From: Chrysomallon squamiferum
Taxonomy: Eukaryota; Animalia; Mollusca
NCBI GenBank assembly: GCA_012295275.1
Contig: CM022665.1
Location: 14,694,001 to 14,758,000 of the forward strand
DNA length: 64,000 bases
Reading direction: 5' to 3'
In this document: in pieces, positions 14,165 through 26,320 of the stretch
Layout of the letters: each line of letters starts with the position of its first letter
Numbering within the stretch: position 1 is the stretch's first letter
The notes under the pieces: model-generated
Databases searched by the model: none
The model's input: the letters and a program-made list of their open reading frames with translations, nothing else
What the model was told of the DNA's origin: nothing
Program-made: the position numbers and the translations under genes

Positions 14165-14235
<71 letters not shown>
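14165..14235. repeat. (AG)n microsatellite
   Basis: Seen directly. Other large simple repeats: (AC)n ~5705-5753, (TAT)n 35351-35412 and 35717-35816, (TA)n ~40473-40548, (TTTTTA)n ~41995-42122, (AG)n ~45810-45857, (GTAT)n ~53585-53667, (CT)n 57241-57303 and ~62353-62440, (TTA/TTG)n ~61933-62070. Confidence 0.95.
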
Positions 14236-14239
<4 letters not shown>

Positions 14240-14288
14240 AAATTTTTTATATTTAAGAAACTCTTCTTTACTTTTGGGGTAAATTATA

Positions 14289-14323
<35 letters not shown>

Positions 14324-15135
14324 TTTTGTTTTTTGTTTTTTTTACCTCTTATGAGTCATTTGGCTAACTATTACAATACATGTGGCTTTCAATCTTTCAA
14401 GAATGATCCACAAAAACTCTACTGTTCAATTTATTAGAATGGCTGATCGACAGTGATAAAAATGGCAGCTCTGTATCACAACCAAGATTTTTTAAAATTA
14501 AATAACAGGTATACAGTCAGAACAAAATGAAACTATAACTCAGCAAACCTGTGATCATTATTTCACAAATGGAGAGAAATTACAATTTCATACATATCTA
14601 GAATAGCAGCTTCATGAAGCAACATAACATTTGCCTTGTAATAAGAGAAATAATTCTGATGAAGTGCTGATAGGAGTTTTGTCATTTACATTTGAAGTCT
14701 GTTGGTGTTGAATAACCATCACCTTTGGAAGTATATTAAACCATCTGTTTGGTTTATGTGAAGCTATCTTTGCTTACTGACATATTAGATAAAACCCCAT
14801 TGTGTACGACATAATCACATGCTAAAAGATCCCTTCTATTAGTGTATCATAAAAACTTCTCTTTAGTGTGTAAAACCATTGCTCCTAATTATTTTGGTGA
14901 ATGGAGCATTGTCTGTTGTTAATGAATATTCTTCAAGTATTAAAACAATGTTAGAGAGAGAAATATCTGCACCTATTTGTAACCTATGTTAATGAAACCA
15001 CATACACCAATTATTTTCATTCTGATTCTGCATGCAGGGTATGTCAGTCAGCTCTTCTATAACTGGTTTTAAAACAACAAACTATTAAAATGGCTTGTCA
15101 ATCCATTTTCACATTATAAGAAATGTTTCACTTAC

Positions 15136-15201
15136 CTCACCATTGGGAATGGGTCTAATGATTCCTCTTGATGTTAACATACGAAATGAAGTTTCTATAG
15201 C
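15136..15201 (-). CDS. TMEM135: TMEM135 coding exon 5 (66 nt); gene continues beyond the window's left edge
   Basis: Acceptor TATTTTCAG, donor GAG|GTAAGT. Translates AIETSFRMLTSRGIIRPIPNGE, cf. human [22 protein letters not shown]. No exon-6 equivalent (VLLFC...FFFR) found in 1-15135. Confidence 0.95.
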
Positions 15202-15303
15202 CTGAAAATAACAATTATCAAGATACAACCAACAGTAACAAATAAATAAATAAATAAAACATTATTATTGTTGTTAATTTATTTTTTTATTTATTATTAA
15301 TTG

Positions 15304-15343
<40 letters not shown>

Positions 15344-18300
15344 CACTGAGGATATTACCAAAAAAGAAGAAGAAAAAAGATGGAAAATTACAGTGTTTAG
15401 AAAAACATATATTTATATAATGAAAACATGCATCTATTTTGTAAATATCTAAAAAAAAAACTAATGAATGAATGTTTAATAAAAAGTCAATATATTCTAT
15501 GAAATTGTTTTTGCATAATGTTGCTAATATATGAAAGAAATTACAAAAGGCATCTTAAATTGACCTTAAATGCAGAAAAGCACATATCACACAGTTAAGA
15601 CTGGAATGGGCAACAGGAATTAACTACATGCTTAAACATGCCATTTAATGCTATTCTCAGCATTTTCAAGATAGATTTCAAAATAAAAAATATTTGTAAA
15701 AATTGCATCATTTATGTTTTCTTTATTTTTATCTGTAATTATTCTATTCAATTATTATTGGTTTTTTTTTTTTTTAGTTGCTGTTGTTATTATTATATTT
15801 ATTCCCATTTTTGTCAATATAATTTAAAAAATCCTAAATTATTTTCATGCACCTGCATTTACAGATAGGCATGTAATATAATATCTTTTCACAATTGATG
15901 GTTTACTTCCATACATAAAAATATTTAATTAAACTGGAAGATTGAATCAACAGCTTCATGTCAAACAAGAGTTGTTTTTTTTCTATGAATCACTGTTTAA
16001 AAAAATACTATTGCCTTTTCTTGTTTCCTTTTTTAAAACAGAAAAATTAAATTTGAAAACAGCCACCTATCAAATTTTCGTTTAAGCTTGCAAACTGAAA
16101 ATGTCAGCTCTATAAATATGAGAGTAAACTTAAATGTGAGAAAAAAAAAAGAAGAAAAATCCTATTCTCTGACAGACAGAAAATTAAATTAAATTATGTT
16201 TTCTATTAATTCTGAAGGGAAAAAATATGCCTCTTTAATATCCACACTAGCCATTTATTTCAACCAAAAAAAAAATTAAAGCTAAGAAAGAAAATATGGT
16301 TAAAAAAAAGGTATTATATGTTAAAGACAGTATTTAAATTCATTCTGTTTATAAATAAATAAATAAATAAAACAATTACAGAATATTAAAAACAAATATC
16401 AAATAAAATTTATCTTAAAATGAAAATATCTTCTGATAAAAACAAAAGATCGTTAAACATATGAAAACTCTGAATGTAACTGAGATTATCATTTATATAT
16501 CATGCTTTAAAACAATAAAAAAATAAAATATTTCAAACAGATCAAAATATCATGAAATATCATCCAGCATAAAGAAAATGTGATAGTAATGCAAGAGCTT
16601 AAAAGATAAATATAATCTAACCAATAATGTCAACTTCAATTAAAGAATATTAAAAGATCTCCTCTATCTAAAATTTACATTTATAACAGGTTTCTCTCCA
16701 TTTCAAAAATAACAAGACTATATTAGAAAGAAAAAAAAACAAATAAATAAAAATTTAATTATTATCATTTTCAATTCCTAACTTTGGAAATGTTAACTGT
16801 GTTTCAGATCCTATTATCTGAATAAGAATTTAACAAAATCAAATACATATTAAAACTAAAGGGTATTATGTTCTCTGGTATCAGTTTCTGCAACAGGAAA
16901 CCTGCTGCCATTATTTTATAGTTACTTTTGTCAGTTAGTACAAAGCAGTTATTTATATGAAGTGGTTTTATATGAATTTCATCTAGCACTGTCTGAAATA
17001 GGCTTTAGCCCAATGATTTCACTGAAGCCAGTATGTCCTATAACTTATCAAGCTTCTGGCTTGTGCTCTAACCACCAAACTATCTCTGGAACATAATTAA
17101 ATAAATAAAAACATTATCTGATAACAATACTGATAACAGTTACATGTATAACAATAATGTGCAATACGATGTAGTGTGTGTGTGTGATGTAAGTAAAACA
17201 GTAATGTACAGTAAGATGTAGTGTGTATATGTATCTACACACACAGAGCTGTCAATCTTATTAACAAGCCGTGGTTAGCTGCTGTCTGAGAACCCAGACC
17301 ACACTGATGCCAATGTTGATTGCTGCCATGACAAGTGCTGTTTTATCAGGTTCACTGAGACAAACAAACAAACAAAGCAGGAAAATTGCCAGATTGTTCA
17401 TTTGATAAACTGTATAAGAAAGAAAACAGAAATAAAGATTTTGAAATGTCTATTAGAAAAAAAAATAAGAAAAACAAAAAAATATGGGGGTCACAACAGA
17501 GTCATAGGATTCACTTTGTCAAATGTATTTTATGTAGTGATCATCAGTGAAAATAAAGACAAGTTTAAAATTTCAATATCTGTGAGGTTGCACTGGGCTA
17601 AATGTGAAGATTTGTTTTAAAAACTGGAAACATTCATCTCAGGTCCTTATTCAAATTACTTTGACTCAAAATACATATTTAAACTTAGTTTCATAGCATA
17701 AAAAAATAAAATAAAATAAAAATAAATTTTAAAGCTTTAATTTGAAGCTCTGTTTGAATGTTTCATTACAATGCCCAGTCTTAAAACTGTATTTGGTATT
17801 AAAAAATTATTAAATAAACAAATTAAAGGAAAGAAAAACAGAAAAACACTTCTTTTAAATTTGTTAAATTTTAATACTGGTACTGAAATAGTCTCACTGG
17901 TTGATAAAAATCTGAAACCTATAAACTACAAAAACAATCCATAGGTTTAAAATGGTTAAAAATATCACAGAATATTAAACTTCAGCAAAACCAAAAAATA
18001 TTAATTTTATCCACTGATTTTTTTTTTTTTTTTTTTTTTAAATTTAAAAAAACAAAACAAAAAAAAACCATTTTTTTAATTTAATATATATATATATATA
18101 AATCTCTTTTTATGTAAAAAGTAAAAATAAAAGCTTAAATTGGAATATCTATATATCCAAGTCCAAAGAGTGGGAGTAAGAAAAGAGCCTTAGAAAATCT
18201 CTAACACATTATTTCTGTTTACCAAGATCTTAGCAACTATACAACTAGGACAGACCTAGCAAAGCCAAGCATTTGTGACTTATTATTTACAAGCCTAAAA

Positions 18301-21029
18301 TCTCAACCTTTTTGGCACACTGCAATGCAAAGAATTTCTGTCACTTTAGGTTTCTTTTTCCTTCTCAGTCTCTCTGTGCTTGTATTTCTTAACTTTTGCT
18401 CTTTAACTTTTATTTGTTCTTTTATTATTTTTTTTTTTTTATTATTATTTTTTTAATTATTATTATTATTATTATTTTTTTTTTTTTTTTTTTTTTTTTT
18501 GTTTGCTGGGATATACTGAATCAAGTCTCCAGGTCATGTTTTTTTTTTTTAGCCCAAAACAAATTTACAAAAATTGCACTCTAATGTAGAAGCAATCAGA
18601 GAATAATGACAGAGTATTACAGGCTTGTTTTGTAAAGCTTTGAGTCACAAGATTCCAAGTAAAGTAAGCAGAAGCATGATTCACTGACCAAATCATTGGC
18701 TATACTGAATGGATAAACATATGAATGAAAGAATGAATGAATGAATGAGAGCCAGGCACAAACAAATTGTTTGTCAGAATGGTTTACAAATGAATGAAAG
18801 AATGAAAAACGGACTGAATGTTTAACTACACTACAGCACCCAGAAAAACAGGATTATGAGTGGTATTAACTAAATAAATTTAAAAATCCAGTCAATGAAA
18901 TGAAAAAAAAAAATGAAAAAAGAAACAAAAACAGTGAGGTTCCTTGATGTTGTTGATTTTAAATATGAAATCTGTAATGAACAAAAAATAGTATTAAAAA
19001 TAATAATAATAACAAAAAAATGTCAATATTATAATTCATTCATACAGAAATTGGTCTAGATTTTGGGGGGGGGGTTTATAACTTTCTTGAATATTTTTTT
19101 TCTTTTTTTAATTTAATTTATTTGAGCATCTGGTGTAAGCTTTCCAATCTGATAATTAATTTTTTTCTTTTTGTTCATATTAAAAAACGCACAAAAAAAA
19201 AAAGCCCCAAATAAAACAAATGGCAAGGTACTGCACCAAGAAACCTCAATATAGAGAATAAAACTCTGAGATCAATACAGACTGACTTCCTAACCATTCA
19301 TACATCATTTAATATGCATCAGATAATACAAACAAATCAATCCTGACATGACTAAAAACATGGACAATTTGCCAATTAACTTCTTGACTTGGCCCATTCT
19401 AATTCTGACATTTTAATTCAGCTTTATAAAATGCACTGAAAAGACACACACACACACACAATCTGTGTCACAGCCACATGACTAGGCAGCAGATACCAGG
19501 CAGGAGAACTCAATAGAACGATTAGTATTTCCATAAATCTTTTCGAGAAAGTTTTGCAAAGCAGAATACATATATTCGTAAAGCAGCTGTCGAGCTTACA
19601 ATACAACAGGGGATTATTATCATCTGAAGTTGAAGCAGATATGTGTTGACAATCACATACTGCTTGCTGTATATAGATACATTGGTGATAGTTTGAGATT
19701 TATGATCATATAATTAGGAATGGACAACCAGTGTGTACTAAATTCAATTCATTGTAAATGCTGTTATAATATTCACACAGATTCAAGCTATATACAAATA
19801 CAAAGTGACAAACATACATATTTTAAAAAGTACAAAAAAAACACATAAATATTTATATAACAGATACATTCACCATATCTTACTGTACATTACTGAATTA
19901 CTTACAGTTATATGTTCACTACATTTTACTGATTATTACTGTTTTACTTATATTACAGAAATATATTCACTACAAACATAACCTTTTTAAAATAAAAACT
20001 TAAAGAACTGAAGCTATGTGAGATAAAATATAAATGAAATGTTATGTAAAAGGAATTTGTGACAGTAAAATGATATAGTTATATAGTGAAATAACATTTC
20101 TCTTTCTCCTCCACTTGTGTGCCTATGTCTTTCAAACCCACTTCTTTCCAGTCTTTCACTGGTATCCATTTCCCCTTTTCTCTTTTTCTCATTCCTTCCT
20201 TCCTTTCCATTCCTCTGTCCTGTGTCTTTCAAATCTTTTATTTATGTCTATTTTACACCTTCCATCTCTCTCCTTCCTTTTTTCTTTTCTTTTGCTCTCT
20301 CTTTTTTTGTATTACCACATTTCTTTCTTTCTTTTTTCCATCCCTCCCAAATGCCCTTTCCCTCTCTTTGCCCCAAATATTTGAATAACAATGGTTCCTC
20401 TTGTGTGACTGTGTGAGGACAGGTAATTAAACAGAGACAGTACACAGAACCTGGGGTTCTTCATGTCAGACACACAACAAGAAGTGACAGCATATTTACC
20501 AGAAAACACAATACAACCTGTTTAATACAATATTTGTAATCATGAATTTTCCATTTGTTCATAAAAAAAATAAAAAAAAAATAAAAAAATCACACATTAT
20601 TCAAATTCCATGTTAAAAATCAATTTTTATTTCAGAAAATGTTTACTGTGACAACTTTGTGAAAGCACCACATAAGAAATGTTGTATAGCAAAACTGATG
20701 TTTAACTGTTTGTCATCTTTTATTTGTAATTACTTTTGATAAACATGTTAGGAATATCAAACAAAAAAAAACAAAACAAAAATTAAAATTAACAAAATTA
20801 ACTTCACTACCTCTTAAAAAATAAAAGAAATAAAGTAAATTATAGTTGTAATTTACAATATTATTTAAAAAAATAAAAAATAAAAAAACAGAAATAAAAA
20901 TAAAATTATGATAGACCTATTAAACTCCTGGCTTAAAAAAGAATATCTAATATCAAAATAACTGGATTATTAACATAAATGTTAACAGTTCTTAGACACC
21001 AAATATTTTATTTTTATATACTAATAAAA

Positions 21030-21235
21030 TAAGAGAAGAAAACTGCATATCTTTCAACTAATCATTTTCATTAGCAAGTAATGTTTTACATCCACCTAGC
21101 ATAAGACAGGAAAGTACGTTAGTACAATTTAAAAACTAATCACTACACATTAACTGGAATAGAATGTAGTTCAATGGATCCATTACGGAGGACTGATCCT
21201 ATAACCCATGATACCCGAACCCTTCTCTAACCATT
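21030..21235 (-). mobile_element. Decayed SINE copy, same family
   Basis: AGACAGGAAAGTAC core followed by a reversed tRNA-like head (CAATGGATCC..GGAGGACTGATCCTATAACCCA..CTCTAACCA). Confidence 0.55.
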
Positions 21236-23140
21236 TTTCTATTGATTAGTGAACTTAACTTTCCTTGTTAATGGACAGGCTGTTGTTAAGGCAATAAAAA
21301 TCAGATCATACCAGGATGCTGATACCTTGCAAACTTACACTGACATTTGGATAAATACAGCAGCCTTGAGTTTGGTGGCAACATGCATGATATTTAAATA
21401 TTGACACACTTGATGTCAAGTCAAACGTCATCTGGTTTGGCAGCTGCGTTGGTAAAGAATTCAATAACACAACTGAAAATCATTCTTTGTATTCGTTTGT
21501 AAATGGGAATAATGGGTTTTGTTGTAATTTATAATACAAAAATAAATTCAGTGATATTGTCCTAGATTTCTTTTTTAGAAGTGACAATAATCTACTCCAG
21601 TAATTTTTATTCATGTTCAATATATACATACAAACATACATTACTTAGTTTTGTTGTTGATTTTTATTGTGTGTCTGCTTTATATAAATTAATATATTTT
21701 ATAAAGGATTTTGCTATGGTATAACTGTTAAAAATAAGCTCTCACAGAATGCCTATTATTTTATTTATTTATTTATTTGATGTTTACTTTTATACTTTTA
21801 TTTTGTTGATATGCTGGTTTAATTTTGATAGTAAATGTCATTAATAGTACAAGTCAATAAAACTGTTTTTAGTGATAAAGAACTATCTAATGTTTATTGA
21901 TTTATAAGGTAACCACCTTGTTGGTGTATAGAACCATTCCACTAATACTTCATCAAAACAACTTTCTTCTTGGTGTTTGAAACTGTTATGTCTAAACCTA
22001 CTCGTGGTTAAAGACACCTCTCTATGTTACTATGATACACTGTTTTGAAATGTTATTTTTATTAAGAAGAATAAAGATCCATACAAAAAAGCCAAGAAAA
22101 TAAAGTCTCACAGTAATTTTTCCTGATTGCAAACAATCAAGATAATTTGTTAATTTGAGATTTCCAGAATTAGTGAGAAAAAAAAGGAAAACAAAACCAC
22201 ACACACACACCCCAAAATCCCATTAGTATATCACTTTAAGCTGTCTCAAACAAAAACAAATTAAGTTGTTAAATGTGTTTTAAAATCTGACAGAAGTAAT
22301 TGTGAGAAAGGAAATAAACATAATCAGGCAATATTTGACAAATTTTCACAGGAATCAAATTAACCTTTTGATACCAATTTTCACGTCAACATCAAAAGGT
22401 TGAAAATGGTGTAACCACTTTTCGAGGGTGGGAATTAAACATAATTTCTTCTGCTGGTGTCATTTTTTGATGCCAGTAAATGAAAGCCATAATCAGTGTT
22501 TGTTTTTAAGATGGAGAAGGTCACAAATGAAGTCAAATGTTAGTGCAACAGAGTCAGGTCAGAGCAAACAGCCATGCATGCAGAGACTTGTGGGGCAAGC
22601 GTCTGAATCATGCAGTTTGTCAAATATTAAAGAAACACAGCAAAGATCAGATAAACATTGCATCAGCGTGGTGTGCTCACAGACAGGAAGTTAAATGTTA
22701 GACATTTTGGGGGATCAATGCTAAGGGCCATGGAAGGTCAAAGGTCACACAACAGTCAAAGTGAATTGTGGGATACTGTTCTGCTGTCAGGTGTTCTCTG
22801 CAAATTGGTATGGGGGGGGGCATAGATAAATACCTTAGAATGTAGAGATGGAGATGAGGAGGGAAGAACAACATTTAATAAAAACTTGTTAGATGATGGG
22901 GTGGGGGCAGATAAACAGGAGGGCTCTGCTGAAATAGCAGATTTGGGGGGTAAAACAAATGACACAGCTTGTATGACAGCAGACTTGGGAGGGAATAAAA
23001 CAAATAACAGTGCATGCTGGGATAGTGATAGCACACAGTGGTGTAAAATGTGGCATCAAGGTGTGGTGTTCTGCATGCAGTTCTGAAAATTTAAGCCAGT
23101 CAGAAACTTCCTTCTCTCAGACAGTCTGTCCTCTACTCAC

Positions 23141-23174
23141 CAAATTTAATACGTAAACAGCCAGAGCGCCCCGC
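23141..23174 (-). CDS. TMEM135: TMEM135 coding exon 4 (34-nt small exon)
   Basis: Acceptor TTTCTTTTGCAG, donor TTG|GTGAGT. Translates (R)RGALAVYVLNL, cf. human RGLLTIYMANL; restores phase 0. Confidence 0.92.
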
Positions 23175-23865
23175 CTGCAAAAGAAACAGCAAAGAGCACG
23201 TTAGGCAGGCAAACAAAACTGAAAAGTATTTACTCACACATTTGTCACAACAAAACAGCTAAAAATGACCAATACAGGAACTGCCATCACAAAAAAAAAT
23301 AATAATAACAATGGGAACACATACAACAGTGATATTTGAACTGGTGACAGCTGACAGAAATATAAATATTTGACTTAGAGAAAATTAATGACATAACAAG
23401 GAATGACAAATGGTAAAGAAGAAAAAAAAAAAAAAAATTCAGAATCAAGGATTTGAAATTTGTTTAACTTTGTGAACAAGATTTAAACAAGAATATTTAC
23501 TGAAACTTGTTCTAGTGTATAGAGAAATATTTAAATTAAACATTGTTGAGAAATTTATATATAATCTGTTTTTAATTAAACATGGTACATCCACGCTCCT
23601 GGACTGTAATTTGTGAACCCACAAAACAAATTTGAAACCGTTTGTTAAATACCAGTGTCAGGTATGCCCCTGTCAAGTATTTCAACATAGCTCAATTAAC
23701 ACAGCTAAATAAATATAATTTAGTTTTATTTTCAATCATTACAATTTACAGACATCCTTCTGACCTTGCAATTAAAACAAGTTAATCAAATCACATAATG
23801 GTAACTTTCAGTCTGCTTGTTTTTTTTAAACCTTACTTTTTAAAATAATTTTGTTTTAATAAATT

Positions 23866-23898
<33 letters not shown>

Positions 23899-23921
23899 TT
23901 TATGTTACATTACAACTAGTT

Positions 23922-23964
<43 letters not shown>

Positions 23965-24684
23965 TATTTCATGAGTTATAATTTTAATGACAAAACACAT
24001 TTTTATAACATTAAAACAGTACACAATAAAACCTCCCATAAATAAAATGTTCTTTTTCATGCAATTAATGCATTATCCTAAATATACTGTACAGGAAATG
24101 AGTCTAGTCACACACAGTTTTATAAGTTTCATAAGAACATGCCTATACCAGTAATGCTATACTAATGGCAGCGGCATCATATATCAATGACTGATGATAA
24201 GTGGCAGTGGTATTATTTACTGACACGTCATCGATGACAGCATTATCCTAATCCTACATGTCACTTATAAAAAACACCTGTTGAAGTCAGGCACTGTGCC
24301 AAGCATTCTCACCCAGTTTCACCAGAACACAAAGTCACATAAGACTGGTTTGCTTAACACTGCTACAAAGTGTAACATTTAACGATTTGCAGATGAGAGA
24401 ATTTAACCTAGCCATAATGTAATGTAATGTGAACTAGTTCTAAAACAATTGTAAATTATATGTCTACATTAAAATTACACTGCATTTTGTTATGATGTAT
24501 GTTATTAATTATAAGATATGATATTTTTATAAAGTTAGTTTTATTGTTCCTTACACATATTTTTGTTTATTGTATTTGTTGTTTATTTTGTTCTGGATTA
24601 TTTTGAGTGCTTTGTTGTTGTTGTTGTTGTTGTTATGTTGTTGTTCTATGATATTTATTTTTATTTTTTATTTTGCATTATTAA

Positions 24685-24728
<44 letters not shown>

Positions 24729-25689
24729 TGTGGTGCTGGTTGGGGTATTGAAATCAATTATTTATTAAATGACATATATTCACCCTTCTAGGCTATCCTT
24801 TCATTTCTTAAGTATATACAGATGCATATATATATATATATATATCTTTATGCATACAGACTGACTGACACACAAACAGCACACATATACACATATACAC
24901 TGACACATACACATATACTGATACAAGCACAACTGAATTTAATCACAAGCAAAACCAAATGCCAGACCAAAAATTTTAAAAAATGTCTTAAAATATTTAA
25001 AAATATATAATAATTATAATAAATAAATAAATAACAGTGAATAATAATAATAATAATCTTTTTTCCTACTTCAAAAACATTTTTAAAATAATAATAATAA
25101 TAATAATAAAAGTGGTATTTTAATACACAGTGAAATGCTTCCAACCCACGTCCAACTGCTATCCTCCCATTACAAAAATGCTTGCAAACAATGCCCCAGC
25201 ATTACCACAGTAAAGGTGTTTTTATCCTATCTTGTTACCTAGCTAATCACACAGTGGAAAGTCATACCTCAGCTGAACTGGGTCGTGAATTTCAGAACAG
25301 GGCATTGTCGTGGATCCAGAATCATGGGCAACAGATACCCGAGAGTCAAGAAGAAGAATACACACACTGTGACCTCACCATTGTCGCTGGGTTACGTCAG
25401 GTGTTGGGAACAGGTAAAAGGTGAATCTACAGTGACTCTCGGAACAAAGAAAGGCTAATCCTTTGTGGCAGTTAAATTGAAGGGTTTCCAGTTACTTCAC
25501 GCCACCCACCCCACCCCGTTCTGTGCACAAACAACACTAATATGATACACTCTAGTTGTCTTCTTTTTTCTACCAGTATCATACACTGATACTGACTGAA
25601 AACACTGTATAGCTGAAGTTTTAAAACATTGATTCCATTAAGCTTAGGAAACTAATCTTTCAAAATCTGCAGTTTCAGTTTTTGAACAA

Positions 25690-25880
25690 GAAAGGAAGGA
25701 AATGCATTATTTAACTCAATACATTTTATCTATGGTTACACAGTGTCACATTTAAGGTTAGAAAGAAAAAAAATGGAAATCATCATGGATTCCTATTTTA
25801 CAATCAACAGCTAGGGATCTTTTAAATGCACAATTTCCACACAGACAAGATAGTACATCTGACAATCTTTGTTACACCAA
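25690..25880 (-). mobile_element. Decayed SINE copy, same family
   Basis: GAAAGGAAGGAAATG..TTTAACTCAATACATTTTAT.., AGGGATCTTTTAAATGCAC..CCACACAGACAAGATAGTACAT: the reverse complement of the core/tail seen at 57391-57540 and ~930-990. Confidence 0.7.
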
Positions 25881-26109
25881 GGAAAGCGTAATTATGTCTC
25901 AGGGGCTGAGTATTTCAATAATTAGTTTAAGTTGCATTAATCTTAGGCAGTTTGTCGTTCAAAATATCACTAGTTTCATAAAGATAATATTATTTGGATC
26001 ATTTAGATACATATGAATGCTGAATGCTGTAGTAGGTGCTCTCATAAGAACTGATCATTATGCCTCAAGTGAAAGCTCTACAAGTAAACTACAGTTCTTA
26101 GCAGGTAAC

Positions 26110-26320
26110 TCAAGAATGAATGAATGTTTGAATAAGATGTTTAACACTGACAGTTATTAGTGTCAAGTTTATAATTTTCTATTTAATGAAGATATGAAAG
26201 AAAAACATTGCTGCCAGCCTGCTGCCAGCCTGCTGCCACTCCAGGCTAAATTTTAATCGAATAGCAGCAATAGATCTTTTCTATTAGACAGAAAAATTAC
26301 ACACTACAGATTTTGATCAA
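26110..26320 (-). mobile_element. Decayed SINE copy with an 11-bp internal triplication (GCTGCCAGCCT)
   Basis: GAATGAATGAATG tail, CTGCTGCCACTCCAGGCTA, ATAGCAGCAATAGATCTTTT..AGACAG core. Confidence 0.55.
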
